Source: a virus. From it: 64,000 nucleotides of DNA. A program made the translations under genes and the position numbers. The DNA is taken from positions 19,892 to 83,891 of the IMG/VR virus record IMGVR_UViG_3300045974_000156, one strand, 5' to 3'. Each line of letters begins with the position of its first letter. The stretch's first letter is position 1. The notes beneath the pieces are model-generated. The model was given only the letters and a program-made list of their open reading frames with translations. It was not told the origin of the DNA and did not search any database. Below are positions 38,526-47,380 of the stretch, piece after piece.

Positions 38526-39175
38526 TGTCAGCCTTCATAAATGCAGCAAACGCTTATATAAGCGCCACTTATGTCACTACTGCCACCCAACCCTTGACCA
38601 TCATGTGTAGGTTTAATCTACCTAGCATTGTGGTTAGGTACCGAGATATCATATCATTGGATCCAAACATAACTCTGCAAACATTCACTGACGGGATCAC
38701 TCTAAATTTCGGAACCGGTAACTCAGATAATCTAGGACCACTGCTGGCTATCAATACTTGGTATCACGCAGCATATGTATGCGTACCTACATCGACAACA
38801 TCTAGACAGATATATGGGTACCTGAACGGGGACTTGGTGGTAAACGTAACCGACACAGCGTCTACATTTGCAGCAACTACAAGGCTAGTTGTAGGTAATA
38901 ATAGAGTATCTACAAACGCTGGTCTACAGGGGCAAATTAGAGATGTTCGCGTTTGGAACCGAGCCCTTACAGCAACAAATATACTGGAAGAAAAGAATTC
39001 AGTAGTCCCTTTTAATGACGAGGGTCTAATTTCATTTCTTCCCTTGGACACTAGTCTAGTGAGGGATCAAGGTAGTTCTCGGTTTGTATGGACTAATACC
39101 GCAGGAGTAACTTTGCAGCATGGTGGTATGCGAGGCTCTTATCCTTCCCGCAATCCCCGTACATTAAGATTTTAG
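38525..39175 (+). CDS. LamG/concanavalin-A-like jelly-roll protein
   Basis: LTIMCRF, NTWYHAAYV, YLNG, GQIRDVRVWNRALT. The ATG at 38525 overlaps the upstream TAA. Confidence 0.85.
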   Translation: MSAFINAANAYISATYVTTATQPLTIMCRFNLPSIVVRYRDIISLDPNITLQTFTDGITLNFGTGNSDNLGPLLAINTWYHAAYVCVPTSTTSRQIYGYLNGDLVVNVTDTASTFAATTRLVVGNNRVSTNAGLQGQIRDVRVWNRALTATNILEEKNSVVPFNDEGLISFLPLDTSLVRDQGSSRFVWTNTAGVTLQHGGMRGSYPSRNPRTLRF

Positions 39176-39184
39176 GAGACCAAG

Positions 39185-40237
39185 ATGGCAAACCAAATCG
39201 TAACACTCAGGACCAGCACCAGTAGCGACGGTAGCTTTACTGTATCTGGCGTATTTTGGCTACCAGCCCCCACTGGCAACGTAGTTCCACAACCCACGTT
39301 CACCAGCCATGTTCCTTTTATAGATTCCGATACGCTATTGGCACTACAACTAGGCACCTTCGTGGAGGTCCCTTTCACTTCAGGACAATATCCACAGGGA
39401 ACAAGCGCCACTGATATACAGTCAGATCTTGTCAGCAGGTATGACGCCGCCCAGACACAACTAATGAATGCGTCCGTAGGTAGTTCTGCTGCAAGTGTAT
39501 TCGATAAGACTAGTTGGAAATCATGGACCCCGGCTTGCCCATCAGTTCCAGTAAAAGGCTCACCGGTCAGCGTAGGAGCACCCTCTCAGGCAGACGGTAG
39601 CCCTTATTTTAGCCCCTGCATGTTCCCATCAGGAGTATTTTTGTATGTAACAGGTGCCGATGATACCGGGGCACCCTTTTCTGATATAAGTGATGTAGCC
39701 GGGGATGAGATATCTACATTTTCATTTAATGACTGGATCCTGATAGCTGGCGGCGGTATTATTTTCCAAGGTGCCCAGGTTGGTGATTATTTGACCTTCC
39801 AAGTGTATTGCCCAGCGACACCGGTTACACCTAACTTAACTAATACAGGAAACTGTAATGTAGTGAGTGGCGTAATAGTCCCGGCTGCCGGGAATGGTTC
39901 TTATAACGTAGACCTAACCCTAGCCAATCCAATTCTGACACCCTCTAAGAACGGCTACTGGGAGTGGGATTTCCCCAATACAGGCAGAGGTAATGTCGCG
40001 GCTGGTGTTCCTGGTGAAGCAGGGGCTCAATTAGTAGCCGCCGATGTACCCTTGGCTCAGTTCGCAAACAGGTATCAGCTATTAGGCTCAGGAATAGTTG
40101 ATTTTACAATCCCGGCAATTCAGCCCAAGATTTGCTTACCACACTGGAAAATAAAGACGACGCTGCATAATTCAGGACATACTGGGCTCAAGGCAGTATG
40201 GCATATGACTACCGCAAGAGTACAGACTATACACTAA
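39185..40237 (+). CDS. Hypothetical virion-associated beta-rich protein (350 aa)
   Basis: SD AGGAG; long ORF in the structural operon. Confidence 0.7.
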   Translation: MANQIVTLRTSTSSDGSFTVSGVFWLPAPTGNVVPQPTFTSHVPFIDSDTLLALQLGTFVEVPFTSGQYPQGTSATDIQSDLVSRYDAAQTQLMNASVGSSAASVFDKTSWKSWTPACPSVPVKGSPVSVGAPSQADGSPYFSPCMFPSGVFLYVTGADDTGAPFSDISDVAGDEISTFSFNDWILIAGGGIIFQGAQVGDYLTFQVYCPATPVTPNLTNTGNCNVVSGVIVPAAGNGSYNVDLTLANPILTPSKNGYWEWDFPNTGRGNVAAGVPGEAGAQLVAADVPLAQFANRYQLLGSGIVDFTIPAIQPKICLPHWKIKTTLHNSGHTGLKAVWHMTTARVQTIH

Positions 40238-40240
40238 GAG

Positions 40241-40552
40241 GTGTTTATGGACTGGTTATGGCCAATCAAAACAGGTAAGACGTTCTTCGATTACTGGTCC
40301 CTTATTCATTTTTTCTTCTGGGCGGTGGTGGGATCTACGTTCGCCCACACAGCAATGGGGCGCACTAAGGTCTTCGGCATATGTATGGCACTAGCCTACT
40401 TGTGGGAATTTATGGAGCGTTATCTGGAAGTTAAGTACCCTAATGTGTTTCTGACTCCAGAGAGTTGGGTAAACTCTTATGTCAGTGATCCTCTGATGTG
40501 TGTAATTGGACTCCTGGTAGCTTGGTACGGGTTTGATAACTGGAGACCGTAG
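40241..40552 (+). CDS. Small 3-TM membrane protein with D-WS-H / WE-E / ES-N-D motif (DUF2585-like putative membrane metal-dependent hydrolase)
   Basis: DYWSLIHFFFW, LWEFMERYLE, PESWVNSYVSD, with hydrophobic helices. Confidence 0.6.
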   Translation: MFMDWLWPIKTGKTFFDYWSLIHFFFWAVVGSTFAHTAMGRTKVFGICMALAYLWEFMERYLEVKYPNVFLTPESWVNSYVSDPLMCVIGLLVAWYGFDNWRP

Positions 40553-40553
40553 T

Positions 40554-40907
40554 ATGACCCACCGCATATTAGTGGTAGACGACGATCTAGTTAATAGGAA
40601 GATACTAAAACATCTCGTTGAGCGTAGAGGTCACAGGGTAGACCTAGCCATCGACGGTCTTAGAGCCTTGACTATGGCTAACGTGGAAAACTACTCACTA
40701 ATACTTTTAGATATCAGTATGCCTGACATGGATGGTATAGAGGTCGCAACTATTCTACGAGAGACAGGGCTAAAAATCCCGATCATTGCTGTCACAGCCA
40801 CCTCTAATCTAAAATCCCAATGTTTAGAGGTGGGCATGAACGGGTTTATAGATAAACCTATAAATACTGTTGAATTAGATGAGATTTTAAATAAATGGTG
40901 TTCTTAA
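40554..40907 (+). CDS. Stand-alone CheY-like response-regulator receiver domain
   Basis: ILVVDDD, LILLDISMPDMDG (phospho-Asp), IIAVTA, FIDKP. SD GGAG before the ATG at 40554. Confidence 0.93.
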   Translation: MTHRILVVDDDLVNRKILKHLVERRGHRVDLAIDGLRALTMANVENYSLILLDISMPDMDGIEVATILRETGLKIPIIAVTATSNLKSQCLEVGMNGFIDKPINTVELDEILNKWCS

Positions 40908-40933
40908 AGTTACCGTAGAAAGTGGGTCCATAA

Positions 40934-41428
40934 ATGACAACCAAGATAGGATTCTCCACCCCTAACTGGTTTAACCCAGTATCTTGGGTGATCAGAAAGA
41001 TAACGAAATCCAAGTGCAGCCACGCCTGGTTCCTGTATCACGATCAGGATTGGGACGCCGATATGGTCATGGAGGCTCACGAGTTAGGTTTTCGCCTTAT
41101 ACCCTATGAGCATTTCAAGATGAACAACATAGTGGTAGGTGTATTTACACCGCAGCACTCGATAGATGAAGGCATGAAGAGAGTTGCCCTAGAGTATCTT
41201 GGTACTCACTATAATTATCTAGGGTTATTTGGCATGACTGTGGTAAAGTTAGGTCAGTGGCTGAAGCGAAAATGGAATAACCCTTATAGGACATCCGGTA
41301 GCGTTTTTTGTTCCGAGGCTGTATGCTTGGCTATGCAGTGGTCTAAGGGTTATGAATATTTCGCAGAAGACTCAGAGTCCATGGATCCTGAAACATTGAT
41401 GGAGCTAATGGAGAAAGGTGCCGTCTAG
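40934..41428 (+). CDS. Permuted papain-like NlpC/P60 enzyme (YiiX/YebB-like)
   Basis: SHA (His), MEA, LG.HYNY, FCSE (Cys after His, i.e. permuted order), and MDP. Confidence 0.8.
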   Translation: MTTKIGFSTPNWFNPVSWVIRKITKSKCSHAWFLYHDQDWDADMVMEAHELGFRLIPYEHFKMNNIVVGVFTPQHSIDEGMKRVALEYLGTHYNYLGLFGMTVVKLGQWLKRKWNNPYRTSGSVFCSEAVCLAMQWSKGYEYFAEDSESMDPETLMELMEKGAV

Positions 41429-42085
41429 ATGTCTGATCGTATCCAGACAGGTCAATCCGAAACCGTCGAGTTCTTGGCGGTAGATAATAATGCTGCGTTC
41501 ATAACAGGCGCAACAGATATAGTCATAATGGTTAGGCGCGAGTCAGACCAGTTTATACTGGATTGGTCAGACGATACTTTTAAGCATTCAGGGTGGACTA
41601 GCCCAAACTGGACACTGACCGAAGTAGATAGCGTTAACTGCCCTGGACAGTACAGACTAACCAAAACAGGGCATCTGAATGGATTTAACCCGAGTTCTAT
41701 TACCAATCTGACGCCGAATGATGACTATTATTTTGTAGTTTTTCAAAAACCAGGTGTATCTACCCGAGCCAGTAATCTACCAGCCACAGGCGAACTCAAG
41801 GTTGGTCAATATCTAGATATGTTGACACCGTTAGCTATAGCCAGTGCAATATGGAATGCTCAGGAAAACAGCCATCAGCTAGCGGGAAGCCTAGGGCGAG
41901 CACTTTCTATGGTTAGGAAGTCAAGGACAAATAGAGAAATTGTCTCAGTAGGTAAACATTCCAATTTCGTTCTCTACGACGACGATTCTATTACCCCTAT
42001 ACTGGTATCTGATGTAACTGGTCCCAGCGGGGAGGCTATCAGTATCCCAAGTGGAACACCGTCTAATAGAACCAAAGGAGCCTAA
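41429..42085 (+). CDS. Hypothetical virion protein (218 aa)
   Basis: LTEVD...PGQY and IASAIWNA..GSLG motifs resemble those in phage structural proteins. Confidence 0.7.
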   Translation: MSDRIQTGQSETVEFLAVDNNAAFITGATDIVIMVRRESDQFILDWSDDTFKHSGWTSPNWTLTEVDSVNCPGQYRLTKTGHLNGFNPSSITNLTPNDDYYFVVFQKPGVSTRASNLPATGELKVGQYLDMLTPLAIASAIWNAQENSHQLAGSLGRALSMVRKSRTNREIVSVGKHSNFVLYDDDSITPILVSDVTGPSGEAISIPSGTPSNRTKGA

Positions 42086-42087
42086 TC

Positions 42088-42714
42088 ATGGTTACCAATG
42101 GTCTAGGGGTCGGTGGGTTAGTAACCGAGGTCCTTGCGTTCCACAGGTATCCTTTTAGGAAGGTTTGTCCGCAGCCACTACAGATACCAATGTCAAACTA
42201 CCCATCGGCAGTACCGATGGGGATGCCCTCTCAGCCAAGCCCCGCCGCGTTTATTGACTCTGGACGTAGCAAAGTCTTTGTATTGCAATCTAGCAGCGTG
42301 AATATACAGCCGATGTCTCAAGCGGGAGCATCACAGCCCCTTGTTTACTTTGCTCAGGCACCAAAGACATTTACACTAGTTCCCGGGACCCTGAATTCTA
42401 TGAAATTCGACGGATCCAAGCCTCTTGGAGTGCCCACCATCGCTCTCCAGGCTGCACAGGCTAATACACCGATGCCTATGGGCTCACCTCCAGAGGTCAG
42501 GACAATGCCCAGCGGCATACCCGCCGATCAAGGTATTACTATGTTGGCTAAGGGTGAAGCCGCCGGGGTATATAAATTGGAATTAACTCCCCCGGCTTCC
42601 CCTACACACCCAGAGCCAGACCCAAGCGAGATACAAAACCAAGATGTTTACGGATTATTGAAGCTGCCTACCGTGATTATACCTGAGGTAGACTGTGGAT
42701 GCGATGATTGTTAA
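42088..42714 (+). CDS. Hypothetical Pro-rich protein (208 aa)
   Basis: SD AAGGAG; C-terminal DCGCDDC. Confidence 0.65.
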   Translation: MVTNGLGVGGLVTEVLAFHRYPFRKVCPQPLQIPMSNYPSAVPMGMPSQPSPAAFIDSGRSKVFVLQSSSVNIQPMSQAGASQPLVYFAQAPKTFTLVPGTLNSMKFDGSKPLGVPTIALQAAQANTPMPMGSPPEVRTMPSGIPADQGITMLAKGEAAGVYKLELTPPASPTHPEPDPSEIQNQDVYGLLKLPTVIIPEVDCGCDDC

Positions 42715-42775
42715 GTGAACAACCCCTTGTTTTATGGTATTATTGCCAGTAGTTTATCTTTGATCCGGAGCCATC

Positions 42776-43534
42776 ATGCAGAATGAAAGAATGACCAAGG
42801 AGGAGATTCAGACTTGGTGTCTTCATAAACTTGGTGCGCCTTTTACCAAAGTTGAGATTGGTCAAGAAAATCTAGATTATTGTGTAGAAGAGGCTTGTCG
42901 TTGGTTTAGTGCCAAAAAAGGTTATAAAGAGACAATAACAGTTGCTGTTGGTGGCGGTGTAGCCCTATATGATCTGCCAGATCAGGTAGATACAGTTCTG
43001 GATTGCACCTTTTCATCAAGCACACTCGATTATTCTTATCTTGTGGACCCAATGAGCCTAATCGGTGGGCAGATCCCTACTGCAATGTTTGGTTACGGTG
43101 GTAGTGGTAATATGGGCGGAATGGGTGGTGGGGATTCTGGTGGGTTCTTATCTTCTTATGCTCAATTTACACAATATCTAGGCATGGCGAAGAGAATCCT
43201 CAATGCAGAATCTGATTGGGTTCAGGTAAATAGGCAACTCCTGGTTCTCCCACCCCCAAGACAGTCAGGTCTTATCGTGATGGAGTACAAGACACACGCC
43301 TTCACAGTAGAGAAGCTTAATGAACGTGATCATGACCTAGTTAAGAGAAAGGTCCTGTGCCTAGTAAAAGAATTCGTAGGGCGTGTACGCTCTAAGTTTG
43401 GAAATTATCCTACAGCACAAGGGCAGGAAGCTGTAGATGGTGGTGCGTTATTACAAGAATCCGAAAAAGAATTCCAGCTACTCGAAGAAGAGATTTTCAA
43501 CTCAGGCTTCCCAATGGGAATTCTCGTCGGCTAA
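42776..43534 (+). CDS. Neck/head-completion protein, T4 gp13-like
   Basis: WCLHKLGAP..KVEI..ENLD.CVEEA and KEFVGRVRSKF..P.....VDG.ALL.E...E...LEEE...P.G...G pattern. Confidence 0.8.
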   Translation: MQNERMTKEEIQTWCLHKLGAPFTKVEIGQENLDYCVEEACRWFSAKKGYKETITVAVGGGVALYDLPDQVDTVLDCTFSSSTLDYSYLVDPMSLIGGQIPTAMFGYGGSGNMGGMGGGDSGGFLSSYAQFTQYLGMAKRILNAESDWVQVNRQLLVLPPPRQSGLIVMEYKTHAFTVEKLNERDHDLVKRKVLCLVKEFVGRVRSKFGNYPTAQGQEAVDGGALLQESEKEFQLLEEEIFNSGFPMGILVG

Positions 43535-43535
43535 A

Positions 43536-43571
43536 TTGACCTCATTGAGAAACCACTGTATATTACTTATA
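43536..43571 (+). promoter_or_regulatory. Sigma70-like promoter positioned to give a leaderless mRNA of the EndoVII-type gene
   Basis: TTGACC (43536-41), 17 nt, TATATT (43559-64), 6 nt, ATG (43571). No SD. Confidence 0.65.
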
Positions 43572-44263
43572 TGCCAAGATCAAAAGAACAACTAAAGGCG
43601 TATCAGAGAGAATATGCCGAGAAAAACAGAGAGAAGATCCGCAAGTACAGCCGAGAGTGGTTAGCTAAGAAGCGTGCTGAGAATCCTGAAAAATATAAAA
43701 AACGCAGTAAGGAGTACAGAGAGGCTAATGCAGAAAAAATCAGGGAGTATGAGAGGCTCAGGTCTATAAAAAGACGGGACTCTGACCCTGAGGGTCATAG
43801 AACTTATATGAGAAAATACAAGGAGGAGAATCGAGAAAAACTAAACGAGCAGAGTAGGCTTTGGGCTGCCGAACAGCGGGCTACCAATCCGGAATTTAAG
43901 TCTAGAGAGTTAGCCAACAGTAGGAAATTTGAGAAAAGGAATTTCATGAAGCGACGAGAGACTAAACTTTTAGAGAAATACGGTATAACTAATGATGATT
44001 ATGACCGTATGCTAGAACTACAGGACGGTAAGTGCGCCATATGTGGGACAACAGAGCCAGGAGCTAAAAAGAAATACTTTTGCGTCGATCATTGCCATAC
44101 CACTAAAAAAGTAAGACAGCTCTTATGTACAACTTGTAATGTTGGATTATCTAGATTCTACGATAACCCAGACTTTCTTCGTGAGGCTGCTTTATATTTA
44201 GAGCGACATAAGACTATCTCAGATTCTGAACAAATTACCCATAAACCTTCGCTGGTAGGGTAG
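43571..44263 (+). CDS. Endonuclease VII-family (His-Me) free-standing homing endonuclease with N-terminal basic helical repeats
   Basis: KYGIT..DY..ML..Q.GKCAIC...VDHCH.T.KVR.LLC..CN.GL. N-terminal repeats of type YREANAEKIREY. Confidence 0.9.
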   Translation: MPRSKEQLKAYQREYAEKNREKIRKYSREWLAKKRAENPEKYKKRSKEYREANAEKIREYERLRSIKRRDSDPEGHRTYMRKYKEENREKLNEQSRLWAAEQRATNPEFKSRELANSRKFEKRNFMKRRETKLLEKYGITNDDYDRMLELQDGKCAICGTTEPGAKKKYFCVDHCHTTKKVRQLLCTTCNVGLSRFYDNPDFLREAALYLERHKTISDSEQITHKPSLVG

Positions 44264-44271
44264 AGGATAAT

Positions 44272-45465
44272 ATGGGCAAGATCCGTCCAATGGAAATTCC
44301 GGGTAGTCGCAAGATCCTACCGATTACACCGGAACAAGCCCGCTTTGAAAACAGCACCATCGGTGAGAAGGCTGTTTTCGATAGCGTTGCCTCAGAGAAA
44401 ACCATAAAACACGGTACGTCATTCGACTATTATCACATGGATAGGATGGCTACCGAGGTAGACCCTCTCTATGGTGAAGCTACCGAGAAGATATGGGTCG
44501 GTCCTTACAAGCTAATAGGTCATCTAGAGTGGCCAACGCCAAAGCCAGAAACTCGCGAAGAGGGTTTTCGTGTCACACATGTAGCTAGCGCCTGGATAGC
44601 CAGAACTCAATTCGAGGAGGCGGGTCTTAAATTGCCAGATCGCGGCGATGTAGTGAGAGTCTGGAATATTCCATATTTTGATGAGTTAGCCGTGACCAAT
44701 GAAGATGAGTCTCACAAGGGTTACTTCTTTAACGTAGTCAATATAGTTAACGATGGTCACATGCTTGATAATCCAGATTTTTCTGGGTATAAGTTAGAAA
44801 TTAGACGCTACAGTGAGTTTAACCCGGAGCGTCGTGTCTTCAGCCCCGAAGATGCTTATCTGGCCAAGAGCCAGATTGTAGATGGGGCTCAACCGATGCT
44901 AAAGAACTGGGCACTTCCTGTCGATCAGGTACACCCTGTAGGACCTGCCGGTGGAGATCTGACAGGAAACTACCCCAATCCGACCTTAGCTACACCTAGG
45001 ATCCTATCATCCACCTTGAGAAACAAGGGTGATATTCTTATAGGTCTTGGCGCATCAACCCCCGGAGTACACCCTATAGGTCCAGATGGGTATACTATAA
45101 TTTGTGATTCTACTACCAGTACCGGATTAAGATGGGTGCAGATGGAGTCTAGTACTTGGCAGGTAATTGCTACATTTACTAATTCTTGGCAGGACGTTGG
45201 TGGCGGTTACGGAAGCGTAGCCTACCTCCAAGACTTGAGTGGGTTTATTCATTTACGAGGTGTAGTGACAGGAGGTACATTAAATACAACGATCTTTACT
45301 CTCCCAGTGGGCTTTAGACCGCAGAATACCCTAGTGTTCCCTTCTATATCTGGCAGCTTTTTTTGCAGCATACAAATAACCAGCGATGGTCAAGTTACAC
45401 AAATTAATAGCTTCTCCAATAGCGCACTATCTCTAGCTAATATTATATTCGATACTCGGAGCTAA
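44272..45465 (+). CDS. Neck/head-closure protein (T4 gp14-like) fused to a C-terminal fibre shaft and head domain
   Basis: N-terminal DPLYGE and P.RGDVV motifs, located after the gp13-like gene. C-terminal GPAGGDLTGNYPNP..KGDI..W..LRG..IFTLPVGFRP. Confidence 0.7.
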   Translation: MGKIRPMEIPGSRKILPITPEQARFENSTIGEKAVFDSVASEKTIKHGTSFDYYHMDRMATEVDPLYGEATEKIWVGPYKLIGHLEWPTPKPETREEGFRVTHVASAWIARTQFEEAGLKLPDRGDVVRVWNIPYFDELAVTNEDESHKGYFFNVVNIVNDGHMLDNPDFSGYKLEIRRYSEFNPERRVFSPEDAYLAKSQIVDGAQPMLKNWALPVDQVHPVGPAGGDLTGNYPNPTLATPRILSSTLRNKGDILIGLGASTPGVHPIGPDGYTIICDSTTSTGLRWVQMESSTWQVIATFTNSWQDVGGGYGSVAYLQDLSGFIHLRGVVTGGTLNTTIFTLPVGFRPQNTLVFPSISGSFFCSIQITSDGQVTQINSFSNSALSLANIIFDTRS

Positions 45466-45466
45466 C

Positions 45467-46009
45467 ATGCATGAGCCTTCAAGACCATGTTATCCCGCAG
45501 GGGGGGACCTGATAGGTCTATATCCGAATCCCAGCCTAAGAAATAACCCTCTAAAGAATGATTTACTTAACAAGGGTACGATAGTGGTCGCTCCGGGTAA
45601 TAACCTAGGGGTAGGGCTATCTGTCGGGTCTGATGGTTCCCGATTACTATCCAATAGTACATTACCAAACAATATGTCTTGGGGTAATTTATTATCTGGA
45701 TCCTGGACCAACCTAGTTCTACAGAACCTCTGGGCACCAATGGGGTCGCCAAGACCAGCACCTTCTTTCTTTATAGATATTAAGGGCAGAGTTTATCTTC
45801 GCGGAGGGCTGACAGGTGGTGTCACAAACTCCCTAATTTTCACTCTTCCCTCAAACGCACTACCAGGTCAAGACCTGATAGTCGTAGCCGCGTGCAACGG
45901 AAGCTCTTGCATGTTGCAGGTATATAAATCGGGTCAGGTAGTCCAGAGTAACGCATCATCTAATCAGAACTTGTCTCTGGACGGTATCTGTTTCTTGAGG
46001 AATGCTTAA
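45467..46009 (+). CDS. Short fibre protein, paralog of the gp14 C-terminal module
   Basis: PAGGDLIGLYPNP, KGTI, WTNL.LQN.W, VYLRGG..IFTLP. Confidence 0.75.
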   Translation: MHEPSRPCYPAGGDLIGLYPNPSLRNNPLKNDLLNKGTIVVAPGNNLGVGLSVGSDGSRLLSNSTLPNNMSWGNLLSGSWTNLVLQNLWAPMGSPRPAPSFFIDIKGRVYLRGGLTGGVTNSLIFTLPSNALPGQDLIVVAACNGSSCMLQVYKSGQVVQSNASSNQNLSLDGICFLRNA

Positions 46010-46012
46010 TAT

Positions 46013-46555
46013 ATGTCAATCCCAAAGGTCCTACGGGTTAACCCACAGCCAAACCCTCCGATACACCCCACTGGTCCTGCCGGTGGTGCCTTGACCGGAA
46101 ACTATCCTAATCCATCTCTGGTTGTTCAGCCTATACCGACGAGAGTTATTACTAGGAAGGGGGATATTCCAGCAGGACTAAGCCCACTTGTCGCTGGTAC
46201 TTTGTCTGCTGGTGCCAACGGTCTAGTTCTGAGTCCAGACAGTACTCAGACTACAGGGCTGGCATGGGTAAACGCCCTATCTACTCTAAAGATAACTCAG
46301 GTTACACTTACCCCCTACACAGTGGCTTCCGCTGACGACATACTGATTTGTAATCTTTCTTTATCTTCCATCGTGAACCTACCAGCAGTGACAGCACGCA
46401 ATAGACCTTTATGGGTCAAGAATCTATCAACTTATACGATTACGATAAGTACTAATGGTTCCGATCTTATAGACGGTCAGAATAACGTACCCGTCGCATC
46501 ACAATATGGACACTTGATGTTAGTACCTACAGTAGCGGGGTGGATCATTTTATGA
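46013..46555 (+). CDS. Short fibre protein, same shaft with a different head domain
   Basis: GPAGGALTGNYPNP, KGDI, GLAW, then YTV..DD.L..VNLPA..VKN..TI..GSD.IDG. Confidence 0.75.
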   Translation: MSIPKVLRVNPQPNPPIHPTGPAGGALTGNYPNPSLVVQPIPTRVITRKGDIPAGLSPLVAGTLSAGANGLVLSPDSTQTTGLAWVNALSTLKITQVTLTPYTVASADDILICNLSLSSIVNLPAVTARNRPLWVKNLSTYTITISTNGSDLIDGQNNVPVASQYGHLMLVPTVAGWIIL

Positions 46556-47373
46556 GTGTGTCGGTAGAGCTACAGGACGAAGAACTTATAAATAAATTTC
46601 ATGAGCAGCACCAAGATAGGGCTGCCATGGCAAATAGAATGCTACTATATCAGTCAGCATTTCGTTACTGTAATCTTATAAAAGATAACATACCTAATGG
46701 GCAGGATTTTAACGCATACGCAAAGGCTATAGATATCTTTAGAGTGACAGATGACGCCTACGGTGTCAGACTGAAACAAACAAAAAGTAATACACAGGCT
46801 ATAAACCCAAAAAGTTCGATAATATATGTACGCCCTAACAAGAAAAACAGAAAAGGCTCCAAGAGAGATATAGTTAAAATTTTGGAAATTCTTGTCAAAC
46901 ACGGTCCTTGGCTGCTTGAAACTATACCTTATATGCCAGCCAAGAATGAGGCTAGTCTTTTTACAAAAACAGTAAATAAAAATGCTGTTAAGGCTATTTT
47001 GACTAAAAATACTAAAGATTCTGAAGTAGTAGCTAGGATGCTGAGAAGACTTGGTGTTCAGAAGTCTACAAAACCATCTAAGGACGAAAAACCCACTGAA
47101 GTGACCTCAGATATGTCTCAGTTTGGGTTTGGTGTAGAATTCGGAATGTATGGTCACAAATCTGAATCTCACTGGAGACCCGCCTTACGAACCCTACTGA
47201 CAGTCGAAATGGATAAATTACAACAAGATCCTAAGATCCAAGCCACCCTATCTAATCCAAGATTCATGGGCTGGAATAATTGGCAGCCTCCAGGCATGGA
47301 TACCGTAGGTACTAACGAATTAGAAGGTGCTAAGGATTTCATGAATCGACTGGCTGGCGCAGCTAGGATATAA
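46552..47373 (+). CDS. Hypothetical basic neck/tail-completion protein
   Basis: ATGA overlap with the upstream stop. EFG..HWRPA motif resembles HK97 gp10-like tail completion proteins. Confidence 0.55.
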   Translation: MSVSVELQDEELINKFHEQHQDRAAMANRMLLYQSAFRYCNLIKDNIPNGQDFNAYAKAIDIFRVTDDAYGVRLKQTKSNTQAINPKSSIIYVRPNKKNRKGSKRDIVKILEILVKHGPWLLETIPYMPAKNEASLFTKTVNKNAVKAILTKNTKDSEVVARMLRRLGVQKSTKPSKDEKPTEVTSDMSQFGFGVEFGMYGHKSESHWRPALRTLLTVEMDKLQQDPKIQATLSNPRFMGWNNWQPPGMDTVGTNELEGAKDFMNRLAGAARI

Positions 47374-47380
47374 TAGTCTT

